From Octopus sinensis (lineage: Eukaryota): 51,780 bases of DNA. The stretch is taken from assembly GCF_006345805.1 (NCBI RefSeq), contig NW_021833994.1, forward strand, positions 1 to 51,780. The letters run 5' to 3'. The notes beneath the pieces are model-generated. The model was not told the DNA's origin. It saw only the letters and a list, made by a program, of their open reading frames with translations, and ran no database searches. Shown here in pieces: positions 36,856 through 49,380 of this stretch. The position numbers and the translations under genes were made by a program. Each line of letters opens with the position of its first letter. Position 1 is the first letter of the stretch.

Positions 36856-38179
36856 ATTTTTTAACCCCTGCTTAGGCGGGTTAATTTCCCACTCTAAGAC
36901 AGAGTTCTTCTTTTTAAAAAAAAACCCAGTTCAAAAGTAGTTCAAAAGACAGTCCGCCAAAAAATTAAAACCGAATAAAAATAGAAGTAAAACAAAATAA
37001 AAGAGAAGGAAGGGAAACTGAAATTAAAATAATGAAAATAATTAACCAAAATTTAGAAAGAAAGGAAAATAGGAGACGGGAAAATAAAATAAAAACCTCA
37101 CAAATAGAACAGACAGGGAATACTTTGTATAATACTCCAACAGGTAATCCAATAGTCTGGGTTATTCTTGAAGTACTCCAGTTCGGTAAAATTCCACTTT
37201 TTCTAGCGAGATACGCCTCCTAAAATTTGCAAGTTATTTGGCGAAAAAAAGCCACACCATAAATTCTCAATTCACCGTTATGGTGATGAGCACACAATTT
37301 TTCTTTTTGTTCTTTTTTATATTCACGGAGCTAACGCTCACGTCTTCTCACTGTAACAGTCCAGACTAACTAGTGTTGCATTCTGGGTAACCGGAAGTAA
37401 GCAAGCTACTTACCACACAGCCATTCCTGTGCCTATGCCTACACCTATTATTAATAAAAATTTAACAAATCGGGACATACTTCACTTTACTACAACTTTT
37501 CAGCAAAGCACTGTCTTGCTCGTTCCGAAAAGTGTTTAACCTGATTGTGACGACTTATAGGCTTTCAATTTTTTGACTTGTTTTTAAATTACTGATTCGG
37601 TCATTTAAAATAAAGAGTATGACGAGTAATACTCCTTTAACTGATGATGTATAGTTTTTTTTTCTCCTCTAGGCACTAAGGCGGGCGGTCGACTACAACG
37701 ATCCCAGAGTTCAACTGGTACTTGATTCTATCAATAAATGAAGAAAGGCAAAGTTGAATTCAGTGGAATTTCAACTGAGAACATAAAGCCGAAAAAATGT
37801 CCCTCAGCACTTTGCCCGCCGTGCTACCGGTTCGGTCAACTGGCCATCTTACTGGTTACGGAATTTCCTATTAAAACATGCTCAGAGTTATTTCAATAAA
37901 TTTACCCGAGATGAAACTTAATTTTCAGACACTCTTCTAATATTCCTGTAATATTCGATTTATTCTCCTGAGTTATCTCCCTTCCTTTTCCTATTTACGG
38001 TAGAATGCATTTTTTTTATTGATTAAAAAGAGTTTTTAAGCAAAGCTTGTTAAATATATTGGCGCTTCAATTAGTTATGTTTTTCATGTAGATGTCAACC
38101 CTGAAGAATTTTATCGAGTCATGACTAAAAGTATAACTACTGTCCTTGAAAAATATTGTCCCTCTGCTTGAGAAAAAGA

Positions 38180-38765
<586 letters not shown>

Positions 38766-38818
38766 TTATTATTATTATTATTATTATTACTTATTATTAT
38801 TATTATTATTATTATTAT

Positions 38819-38857
<39 letters not shown>

Positions 38858-39454
38858 AAGATGAGGAATGGTAGTAGTAGTCGTAGTTGTAACAACATCT
38901 GCAGCAGGCGAGTAAATGCGTGGGAGAGCGAAAATAAAAGATCAAGAGCGTCCGTGGTGATATATCAACAGGTAACTCTGAAAAAAAAAATATAAAGAGG
39001 AATCAACAAAATAAATGGTCCGCCATTGAGTATGTAATTAATGGTGAGATAATATTTTACATTTTCTTTCCTTCGTTTTGTGGCAAAATTTTCTGTCCGA
39101 AACTGCATAACAACAAAGATATTACTCGATTTTGATTCTCTGGACTAATTTTTACCCTATTTATTAATTATTATTTATTTAATTAATTATTAATAAATCC
39201 TTTTCTCCAGCTCTTGATAATGGATCATCATTGCCCTTCCTCTTGTAGAATTGGTCGAAGCATTAGGACATCGAACAAAATGACTTCCGACATTTAGTTC
39301 GGTCTTTCAGTTCTTTGGTCAAATTTTATTTTTGGGTAGGATAAGATAAATTATGACTCGAGTAATGGAGTTTATATAATCAATCAATTCTCTTATCTCC
39401 AAATACTGGCTTTGTGTCTAAATTAGAAACGATTATTGTATTCTTGGTAAAGAT

Positions 39455-40275
39455 GAGTCAGGGAGGCACTTGACCTAGTAATTAGGATGTGATACTCACG
39501 ATGGCAAGACCATTGATTCAGTTCTTGGACCAGACGTTGCATTGCATTCTTGAGCAAAACACTTCATGTTGCTCCAGTCCACTCAGCCGTATATGCATCA
39601 GCCTGTGATGGCCTAATTGAGAGGAAATATTGTAACGCTTGTCACTTATACGCCGTGGAAACCGGATAACCGGCAATGGGACTAAGAAACAGTTATATCT
39701 AAGGGTTATCTTTACCTCTTACCTAAGGGCGAATTGTTAATAAAATCATTTGAGCGTCAAACAAAATGTTGTATGATATTTAATTATAAGCTCTCTCCAC
39801 GTTTATAGGTCAAATTCTGTTGAAGTCGACTTTGCTTTTCATCTTTATCAGTCTTATATAGTATAATCAAATACCGGTGCCCGATCACTTCCACCAACTC
39901 CCTAAAATTTTCGGCTTTGTGCCTATATGAAACATTTAAAAAGAGTAAAAAGTAAAGAGCCCTCTCAGTCATGGATGACGGTGGGATTGCACCTAGAAAG
40001 TTCCCGTCCGAGGGACAAGTTTGTTGAAAATCAGCAGCTGCCCATCCATATCAGTCTCTTTTCTCCACACCAACGAAGTTATCCAAGGGAAAGGCAAAGG
40101 TGCCGATACAGCTTGGCACCAGTGACGTCGAAACTAATTTCTACAGCTGATTGAACTGGAGTAACGTGAAATAAAGTGTCTTGCTCAAGAACACAACACA
40201 GCCTAGCAATCGAACTCACAACTTCACGACTGTAGGCTCGGCGTTCTAACCACTGAGCCATGCACCTTCACATTT
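39455..40275. mobile_element. Two SINE family C copies (+ 39455-39690; - 39935-40275) flanking a SINE A fragment
   Basis: CTTGAGCAAAACACTT on + and AAGTGTCTTGCTCAAG on -; head GTGAAGGTGCATGGCTCAGTGGTTAG at 40275. Confidence 0.78.
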
Positions 40276-40340
40276 AAAGGTGGTAGATTGTCAGAATTAT
40301 TAAATCCTCAGACGAAATGCCCTGTGGTATTCAGCCATGG

Positions 40341-40575
40341 AAAAGGCGGTGAGCTGGCAGAAACGATATCACGCCGGGCGAAATGCTTTGCGGTATTTCG
40401 TCTGCCGTTACGTTCTGGGTTCAAATTCCGCCGAGGTTGACTTTACTTTTCACCCTTTCGGGGTTGATTAAATAAGTACCAGTTACGCACTGGGGTCGAT
40501 ATAATCGACTGGATCCGTTTGTCTGTCCTTGTTTGTCCCCTCTGTGTTTAGCCCCTTGTGGGTAGTAAAGAAATA
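40341..40575 (+). mobile_element. SINE family A, subfamily A2 with 15-bp TSD
   Basis: Exact TSD GGTATTCAGCCATGG at 40326-40340 and 40576-40590. Confidence 0.95.
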
Positions 40576-41043
40576 GGTATTCAGCCATGGCTCTTGGTGG
40601 TTCGGGATCGAAAACTGTTTAGCAAACTTTGTCTTTCACGTACCTGAGGGCGTGAAAATAAAATACCCTACCCGAATCAATAAGATCGACACTATCCTCT
40701 CCTAGCAATTTCTAGTCTTGTGTCTACGGTAAGATTAATTCCTTATTGACCTTTTGTATGTCTGATAAAGTAGAAAAGTAAATTATAAACGGCGATTCAT
40801 AGATATCATCATTTGTCAGGCTTAACAAGTTTTTTAATTTTTCTTTTTCTCTTTGTATGTAAGATAATATTGCTGCAAACATGGCTTTTGTGTTTCAGGT
40901 ACCATAGAGCAATCAAGCAATTTCAAGTTCAGTCCTACTCTGCGACACCTGGAGCAGCAGATATCTTTTACTATAGTTCTGAGCCGACCAAAGTCTTATG
41001 AGTGAAGTAGGTAGAAAGAAACTACGGAAGCTCGTCGATATAT

Positions 41044-41082
<39 letters not shown>

Positions 41083-41172
41083 CGCGCGCGTGTGTGTGTG
41101 TAATTGGCATAATGACCTTCTCGAAATACAATTGTATGTATGCATATTTATATGTATGTATGTATATATATA

Positions 41173-41404
41173 TATTTCTTTACTACCCACAAGGGGCTAA
41201 GCATAGAAGGGACAAACAAGGACAGACAAAGGGATTAAGTCGATTACATCGACCCAGTACGAAACTGGTATTTTATTTATCGACCCCGAAAGGATGAAAG
41301 GCAAAGTCGACCTCGGCGGAATTTGAACTCAGAATGTAACGACAGACGAAATGCGGCCACGCATTTCGCCCGGCGTGCTAACGTTTCTGCCAGCTCGCCG
41401 CCTT
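41173..41404 (-). mobile_element. SINE family A, subfamily A2 (full length)
   Basis: Reverse complement of the consensus; inverted relative to 40341-40575. Confidence 0.93.
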
Positions 41405-42647
41405 CCGGTTCTGTCACACTAAATAATGTGTAAGTGTGCATGTATGTAGACACACACAAACACACATATGAAGGCCTTGCTTCCACGTTTTTTTCTGTCT
41501 ACCAAATTCACTAGTGATGTAATTGCTTGGCCAGCACTACAGTAGAAAACAGTAGAGACCAAGGTGCCGCGCAGTAGGAACGAACACGAAACCAAGTGGT
41601 TGCAAAACAAGTTTCTTAAACATACATCTATCTATGTCCGCGCCTACAGTAATAAAAATTATGTCAAAGAAATTCCGTTGACGAATGATTTCATGAGAAT
41701 TGAACCTTCGTTAGCTATCACAATAATAAAAAAATTATTTTGTTTTTTTTTCTCCTTTAAATCATTACTTTTCCCTGAAACTTCCTGTAATTTATTTTTT
41801 GTCTATTTATTTATTTATTTTCCTGAGATTGGCATAAACGAAATTAAAGGATATAAAACATGAAAAACATTTGGGCAAATAACTTTTACCACTTGTGGTG
41901 GTTACTGGAAAAGACAATTTCGTTAGAGACTCATATTTCTTGTTTTAACAAGAATCTTAGCAGTTTTATTTCGTCGTCGTATAATCAGTCAGCCATCTAA
42001 ATAACGACCGGAAGTTGGGGACTAAATGAAACACTACTACATTTACGGAACTACATACATTATCAGATATGAATATAGAAAAACCAACAAAAAAGACAAA
42101 AATAATAAATAATAACAATAAAAAAATATAAAGCTTTATCGCAATAGATAACACTTGTTTTCGTTTTCGGTGTATAATTTTATCAAACGTTGCAGGGCAA
42201 CATCGCCATTATATTTTTTTAATTTTAATATAGAGTTTTTGTTTATATTCTTTATTTTTTTTTTAATGTTAGTCAGACAAATAACAAATAACATTCATAA
42301 TGAAGCAGAATGTATTCAGAATGTTTTAATAAATATTATCTGCCTTCTTTTTTCACAAATCGTTGCATTCGGTACTGTTTCTTTTCTTTTTGTTTTTTAA
42401 TAACTACTTTATAGTGGTAACACTGGCGCAGACACCCAAACGCACGCGAAACGTACTCTCACGCATAAACATTTTGATATAAACAAACATGAACTCGTAT
42501 ACACACACACACACACAACATAACTCTTCCAGAGAGAGAGAGAGAAAGAAAGGGAAAGAAAGAGTCTGGAGAAAGACAGACAGAAAAACAAAGATGGGGA
42601 TAGGCTGAAAAATGGGCCCAAGGCAAAGTTCATTTCGGAGACTCACG

Positions 42648-42920
42648 GGTACTACTTGAGAACAGTGTTCCCAGTGCGCGCACTCACGTAATCGCGCATC
42701 CGAGCTAGCTAGTCATGACTAGTCGATCCTTACTTTGTGCTTTGGTGTTTTATTTACATTGTTTAACAAAAGTTATTTACTTTGTGTAAAAAATTATTTA
42801 TTTTGTGTTTTATTTACTTTGCTAGGAGAGTCGTTTTAGGATCGACTAGTCACGACTAGCTAGCGCGGATGCGCGAGTACGCGAGTGCGCGCACCGGGAC
42901 CACTGTTCTCAAGTAGTACC
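42648..42920. mobile_element. 273-bp MITE with 83-bp TIRs (possibly Mutator-like)
   Basis: Arms 42648-42730 and 42838-42920 are 77/83 complementary. Flanking 9-mers AGACTCACG and ACTCTCACG (7/9) could be a decayed TSD. Confidence 0.9.
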
Positions 42921-43184
42921 ACTCTCACGCACCCACAAACACACTTATACACACGTGTGTGTGGGTGTGTATGACATGCTTGTACGAGGTTTCCGTCCAC
43001 TAAAATTTTCTCACAAAGCAATGGTCAGCCATTAGATTTAGTGTGACTGAACCGGAAATTCCGTGGTTGCAAAGCGAACTTCCTAACTATGCAGCCACGC
43101 CCGCGCCTCGTTTTTAAAACTAAAATTCAGACATTAATCTGGAAATCACCTTCTAAATTAACCATTGCATATATTTTTTTTTAT

Positions 43185-43560
43185 GCTGGCTGTGTGGTTA
43201 AGAAACACACTTTGCAATCACGGGATTTCGGGTTCAATCTCACTGCGAAGCACTTTGGGAAAGCATCTTCTAATATAGCTCTGAGTCTACCGAATTTGGT
43301 AGACGGAAACTGTATGGAATCCCGTTGTATATTGTGTGTGTGTCCGCGCGTGCGCCTATGTATTCGTTCATTACCACCCCCACCCACTTGACACACAATG
43401 CTGGTATTTTATGTTCCTGCAACCTAGCGCTTCGTCAAAAGGCACCGATGGAATAAGTAACTGACTTTTAAAAAGTAAGTACAGGGCTCTATTAACTCGA
43501 CTGCACCCTTCAAGCCGGTGCTCCATCTTGGCCGCAGACAATGATTTAAACAGATAATCG
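43185..43560 (+). mobile_element. SINE family B (diverged)
   Basis: TGGCTGTGTGGTTAAG head, GGGTTCAATCTC B-box, GGTAGACGGAAACTG body, GGTGCTCCATCTTGGCCGCAG tail. Confidence 0.78.
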
Positions 43561-43629
43561 ATAAAAGACAAATAAACTGTCTTCAAATTATTAGGTTTCA
43601 ACGTAAAGGATAAATATTAACCGTTAAAT

Positions 43630-43832
43630 ATTTCACTCAGTCACCCACTCACCCACTCCCTCCTCACTCACCCACTCCCTCACTTATTATCTCAATCACT
43701 CACTCACTCACTCACTCACTCTCTCACCCACTCCCTCACTCACCCACTCCCTCACTCATTCGCTCACTCACTCTCTCACTCATTCACTCACTCACTCACT
43801 CACTCACCCACTTACTCACCCACTCTCTCACT
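43630..43832. repeat. Degenerate (TCAC)n microsatellite
   Basis: Direct reading. Confidence 0.93.
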
Positions 43833-43873
43833 CATGGATTGAACCTAAAAGATGGCATGGAAACATAAGGCAA

Positions 43874-44315
43874 TCTCTCTCTATATAAACGGCAGTTTGT
43901 CTGTCTGTGTGTCTGGTTGTCTGTCAGGTTGTACCCTCACCCTGACCACGGCTTTCAACCGATTCTGATGAAACTTGACACACACATAGCCCAATGTCAT
44001 AATTCAAAACTAACGCAGCGAAAATTTTGAAAAGTTCCCCCAGTTCTGAAAAAAAATCGATAAATTCGACATGGGGTCGAGAATCTAAGCTTTTTATATG
44101 CAACACATTTTCTGTCTAGGGGACACAACTCGACCTTTTTATCGCCCAAAAGGGACAGTTAGGAACATTGTATACACAGAAGTATTCGAGTGAAGAGAAC
44201 CCATTGCAACCTACACATGCGCCTTCGTTCCCTAGAGGGAAAGGACTAGATTGGGATTAGTCGTTGCCTACTAGGGGCTCTTACATACCCGGGCAACGCT
44301 GGGCTATGCTGCTAG
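43874..44315 (+). mobile_element. 442-bp non-autonomous Helitron
   Basis: A|TC 5' end, (GTCT)n near the 5' end, subterminal hairpin CCCGGGCAACGCTGGG (44288-44303), CTAG|T 3' end, no TSD. Confidence 0.85.
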
Positions 44316-44404
44316 TATTATATAAATCTGCTGAACAATTGTATTTCCACGGCAGGAAACTATTCGCAGCTCGTTTAAATACTTTATTTATCAAATGATA
44401 GTCC

Positions 44405-45515
44405 CTCTCTGTGTATGTATGTGTGTATGAATGTATGTAAGTATGTATGTATGTATGCATGTAGTATGTATGTAGTATGTATCTATGTATGTATGTATGT
44501 ATGTATGTATGCATGTAGTATGTATGTATGTATGTATGTATGTATGTATGCACGTATGTATGTATGTATGTATGCATGCATGTATGTATGTATGCATGTA
44601 TGTATGTATGTATGTATGCATGTATGTATGTATGCATGTATATATGTATATATGTATGTATGTATGTATGTATGCATGTATGTATGTATGTATATATGTA
44701 TGTATGTATGCATGTATGTATGTATGTATGTATATATGTATGTATGCATGCACGTATGTATGTACGCATGTATGTATGTATGTATGTATGCATGCATGTA
44801 TGTATGTATGCATGTATGTATGTATGTATGTATGTATGCATGCATGTATGTATGTATGTATGTATGCATGTATAAATGTATATATGTATGTATGTATGTA
44901 TTCATGTATGTATGTATGTATGTATGCATGTATGTATGTATGTATGTATGTATGCATGTATGTATGTGGGTGTATGAATGTATGTATGTATGTATGTATG
45001 TATGCATGCATGCATGTATGTATGCATTATGTATGATGTATGTATGTATGCATGCATGTATGTATGTATGTATGTATGTATGTATGATGGGTATATATGT
45101 ATGTATGTATGTATGTATGTCATGCATGTATGTATGTGATGCATGTATGTATGTATGTATGCATGTATGTATGTATGCATGTATCTATGTATATATGTAT
45201 GTATGTATGTATTGTATGCATGTATGTATGTATGTATATATGTATGTATGTATGCATGTATGTATGTAGTATGTATATAGTATGTATGCATGCATGTATG
45301 TATGTATACATGTATGTATGTATGTATGTATGCATGCATGATGTATGTATGCATGTATATGTATGTATGTATGTATGCATGCATGTATGTATGTATGTAT
45401 GTATGCATGTATAAATGTATATATGTATGTATGTATGTATTCATGTATGTATGTATGTATGTATGTATGTATGTATGCATGATGCATGTATGTATGCATG
45501 CATGTATGATGTATG

Positions 45516-45549
<34 letters not shown>

Positions 45550-45759
45550 TGCATGCATGTATGTATGCATGTATGTATGTATGTATGTATGTATGTATGT
45601 ATGCATGCATGTATGTATGTATGTATGTATGTATGTATGCATGTATATATGTATGTATGTATGTATGTATGCATGCATGTATGTATGTATGTATATATGT
45701 ATGTATGTATGCATGTATGTAGGTATGTATGTATGCATGCATGTATGTATGTATGCATG

Positions 45760-45793
<34 letters not shown>

Positions 45794-46440
45794 TGCATGT
45801 ATATATGTATATATGTATGTATGTGTGTATGTATGCATGCATGTATGTATGTATGCATGTATGTATGTATATATGTATGTATGCATGCATGTATGTATAT
45901 ATGTATGTATGTATGCATGTAGTATGTATGTATGTATGTATGCATGTATGTATGTATGTATGTATGTATGTATATATGTATGTATGCATGTATGTATGTA
46001 TGTATGTATGCATGTATGTATGTATGCATGTATGTATGTATGTATGTATGCATGCATGTATGTATGTATGTATGTATGTATGCATGTATGTATGTATGTA
46101 ATGTATGTATGTATGTATGTATGCATGTATGTATGTATGTTGTATGTATGTATGTATGTATGTATGTATGCATGCATGTATGTATGTATGTATGTATGTA
46201 TGTATGTATGCATGTATGTATGTATGTATGTATGTTGTATGTATGTATGTATGTATGTATGTATGTGTGTATGTATGTATGTATGTTGTATGTATGTATG
46301 TATTTATGTATGTATGTTTGTATGTATGTATGTGGGTATGTATGTATGTATGTATGTATGTATATGTAAGTGTACACACACGTACACGCATACACACATA
46401 CAGGCATGCGTGCATAGACACACAAACGCACACACATATG
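44405..46440. repeat. About 2-kb (TATG)n array with TGCA/TATA variant units
   Basis: Direct reading; source of all the HTYI and MYVC ORFs. Confidence 0.98.
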
Positions 46441-46449
46441 TACATTATT

Positions 46450-46640
46450 ACCTCTTTTGTTCAGTTGTTTTACTCAGTGGACTGCGGCCTCGCTGGGTCA
46501 CCGCCTTGTAAACTTTAGTCAGATAATCCAACCCCATTCCTTTCACATCCAGGAAGACTTGTTAACAAAACATCTAGTTTCTGGAGATAAACAAACCAAC
46601 ACTGGCTGCAAAGTAGTGGTGGTAGTGACAAACGCAAACA
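46450..46640 (-). mobile_element. SINE family B 3' fragment (diverged)
   Basis: TTTTACTCAGTGGACTGCGGCC...CACCGCCTT...AAACAAACCAACACTGGCTGCAAAG. Confidence 0.6.
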
Positions 46641-46705
46641 CATGTACATTTTTTTGCACGTATGTATGTAAGTATGTATGTATGTAATAATATATATATG
46701 TGTGT

Positions 46706-47127
46706 TTCTTCTGGCCTCCTTTTGTACGCTTGCCGTCTTTGAGTTGGGAGTAGAAGATCTGTTTGGGAAGTCGTTCGTTAGTCATTCTAACCACGTGGCC
46801 GCTCCATTTTAGTTGGCCTTTGATGACATAGGCTTCGATGCTGGTCATTTTTGTTCTTCTGGGAGGAAACGGCAAAAAACAGACCACTCTGGAGAACCAC
46901 CATCCATGAGGGAATGGCGACTTTCGAGTTGAAAAGGTCTGCAGAGCTGGAGGAGAAAAGACTACGATGAAAGGAGCGCCAGCGACAACCACGTGCGACT
47001 CTCCCTTCCGGCACTAGATGTCCGCACTGCGACCGATCTTTTCAAGCAAGGAATTGGTCTTATCGGTCACCTACGGCTCACCAGAATTTGCGCGAAGACC
47101 ATCACCCCGACTTGAGGGATTGCCATC
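46706..47127 (+). mobile_element. RTE (BovB-like) LINE 3' end with 5' inversion
   Basis: 46706-46859 on - encodes KMTSIEAYVIKGQLKWSGHVVRMTNERLPKQIFYSQLKDGKRTKGGQK. 46860-47127 on + encodes WEETAKNRPLWR...CPHCDRSFQAR/IGLIGHLR. Candidate TSD ATATGTGTGT at 46696-46705 and 47128-47137. Confidence 0.88.
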
Positions 47128-47142
47128 ATATGTGTGTGTATT

Positions 47143-47177
<35 letters not shown>

Positions 47178-47285
47178 GTTTTTAAAATATATATATTATA
47201 TGTGTGTGTATATATAGTATATATATATACATGTATTTATATGTATATGTATATATACATACATACATACATAACATACACATAA

Positions 47286-47353
<68 letters not shown>

Positions 47354-47356
<3 letters not shown>

Positions 47357-48259
47357 GATTGGACGACCAGAACTTTCAAATATGGACGGTCGGACTCTCA
47401 CGCGAATTGTTGTAAAAAGATCGCAAAAGTACCGCTCCTAAAATCACTGCAGAGCTCAATGACCACCTCAAGAATCCAGTTTCCATAAAAATTGTTCGCC
47501 GGGAGCTGCACAAAGACGGACTTCACGGGAGGACTGCAATCAGAAAACCACTGCTTTCAAAAACAAACATTGCAAATTGTTTAGAGTGGAGTAAAAACCT
47601 ACAGAATTGGTCCCTAGAGCAGTGGAAGAATGTTATTTTCTCGGACGAGTCATTCTTTAGCTTATTTCCGACCACCGGCCGAGTATACGTGTGGAGACAG
47701 CCAAAAGAAGCATTTGACCCAGACTGCCTTCTTCTAACTGTTAAAAATGGAAGAGGATCTGTAATGATCTGGGGCGGGGCTATATCTTGGAAATCCGCCG
47801 GCCCAATGGTTTCCCTTCATGACAAAATTAATAGTCAAGACTATTTAAGCATTTTATCTGATCAAATTCATACTATGGTTGCGGAACTGTTTCCGGAAGG
47901 AAAGGCAATCTTTCAGGATGATAATGCACCGATTCACACAACTAAAGTTGTTACTGAATGGCACGAGAAATATTCTAATGAAGTTGTACAACTTATCTGG
48001 CCACCACAGTCTCAAAATTATTGAAAAATTAAGGTGCATTTTAGAAAAACAAATGATATCCTCCACCATCATCACTACAAGAAATGGAGACTGTTTTAGC
48101 TGAAGAATGCATAAAAATTCCTTTGGAAACAATTCAAACTATGTATGAGTCCATATCTCATAGAACTCAAGCTGCAATTACTGCCAAAGGCGGTTTTACC
48201 TATATTAAAATAAATTTGTTTGAAATTTAAGGTGTTTCTATTATTTCGTCCAATCACTG
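47354..48259 (+). mobile_element. Internally deleted Tc1-like transposon inserted in (TA)n
   Basis: Left end TA|CAGGATTGGACGA; right end reverse complement CAGTGATTGGACGAAATAATAG. Transposase remnant with VIFSDES, VMIWG, FQDDNAPIH and WPPQS; the SPDLNPIE segment is deleted. Confidence 0.93.
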
Positions 48260-48584
48260 AATATATACAAATTAGAAAGATAGAAAACGGAATTCACGAG
48301 AATCTTTATTGATCACAACGATCGTTTCGACCCATCTTGCGTCGATCCTCCGTAAACGAGAGCGAAATACTATGCCACTAGTTGTGGTGCATCCTGCGGC
48401 GTAGATGTGTCCCTTTAGATGACTTTCAAAAGGTACCTCGTTCAATTAACATGGTTTTTGCTAATTTGATTACAAAACATGTCGTTATTTGCCAGTAGAT
48501 GGTTGTCTATAAGCTTTTTGGTTTCGAATGGAAAAAATATATCAATATATTATCTGTACATAAGTGTGTGTCTCTCTGTATGTA

Positions 48585-48595
48585 TGTATGCATGC

Positions 48596-48694
<99 letters not shown>

Positions 48695-48860
48695 AATAGA
48701 TAGATAGATAGATAGATGATAGATAAATAAATAGATAAATAGATAGTAGATAGATAGATAGATACATACATACATAAACATACATACACTACATACATAC
48801 ATACATACATAACAAAACATACATACATACTAAACATACATACATACATACATACATAAT
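48585..48860. repeat. (GATA)n plus (TACA)n microsatellites
   Basis: Direct reading. Confidence 0.95.
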
Positions 48861-49051
48861 ACTACAGGCAGACAGGCATGCGATTGGCTTCCCGACAACT
48901 TTTGTTTACCAAATTCATTCAGAAAGAATTGGTCAGCTTCAGGTCATGGTAAGAGACATTTCTGCGAGGTACCACGCAGTAGGACTGAATATTAGATAAA
49001 ATGGTTGCCATATGAACTTCTTTAAGTAATGATTGCGCGCGCGTTTGTGAG

Positions 49052-49099
<48 letters not shown>

Positions 49100-49325
49100 G
49101 TGTGTGTTTGTGTGTGTATGTTTGGTGTGCGGGTGTGTTTGCGGATATTTGGTACAAGGGGCCACTGTGTGTCTCCTTAGATCGTAGATCTGCACTTCCG
49201 TATTCATCTCCTTCAAAAACACGGATCTTGATTTGGTCTTTTTCGAAAAACGGTTGCCGATGCATGGAAGCGTTTCAACCCACTTGTGCCTTTCTCTTTT
49301 CCTCTCTCTCTCTCTCTCTCAGTCA

Positions 49326-49380
<55 letters not shown>

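Larger units (their letters stand above)
35341..37396 (-). mobile_element. ORF1-only (HAL1-like) non-LTR retroelement, TSD-bounded, 2056 bp
   Basis: 15-bp TSD GTAA(A/G)CAAGCTACTT at 35326-35340 and 37397-37411. About 540-bp 5'UTR starting (AC)TTCCGG, a decayed ORF1 with CCHC knuckle, and about 300 bp 3'UTR. No ORF2 remnant seen. Confidence 0.82.

Noticed and set aside
44391-46518. Numerous 100-511 aa ORFs (HTYI and MYVC repeats)
   Set aside because: Translations of a stop-poor (TATG)n array.
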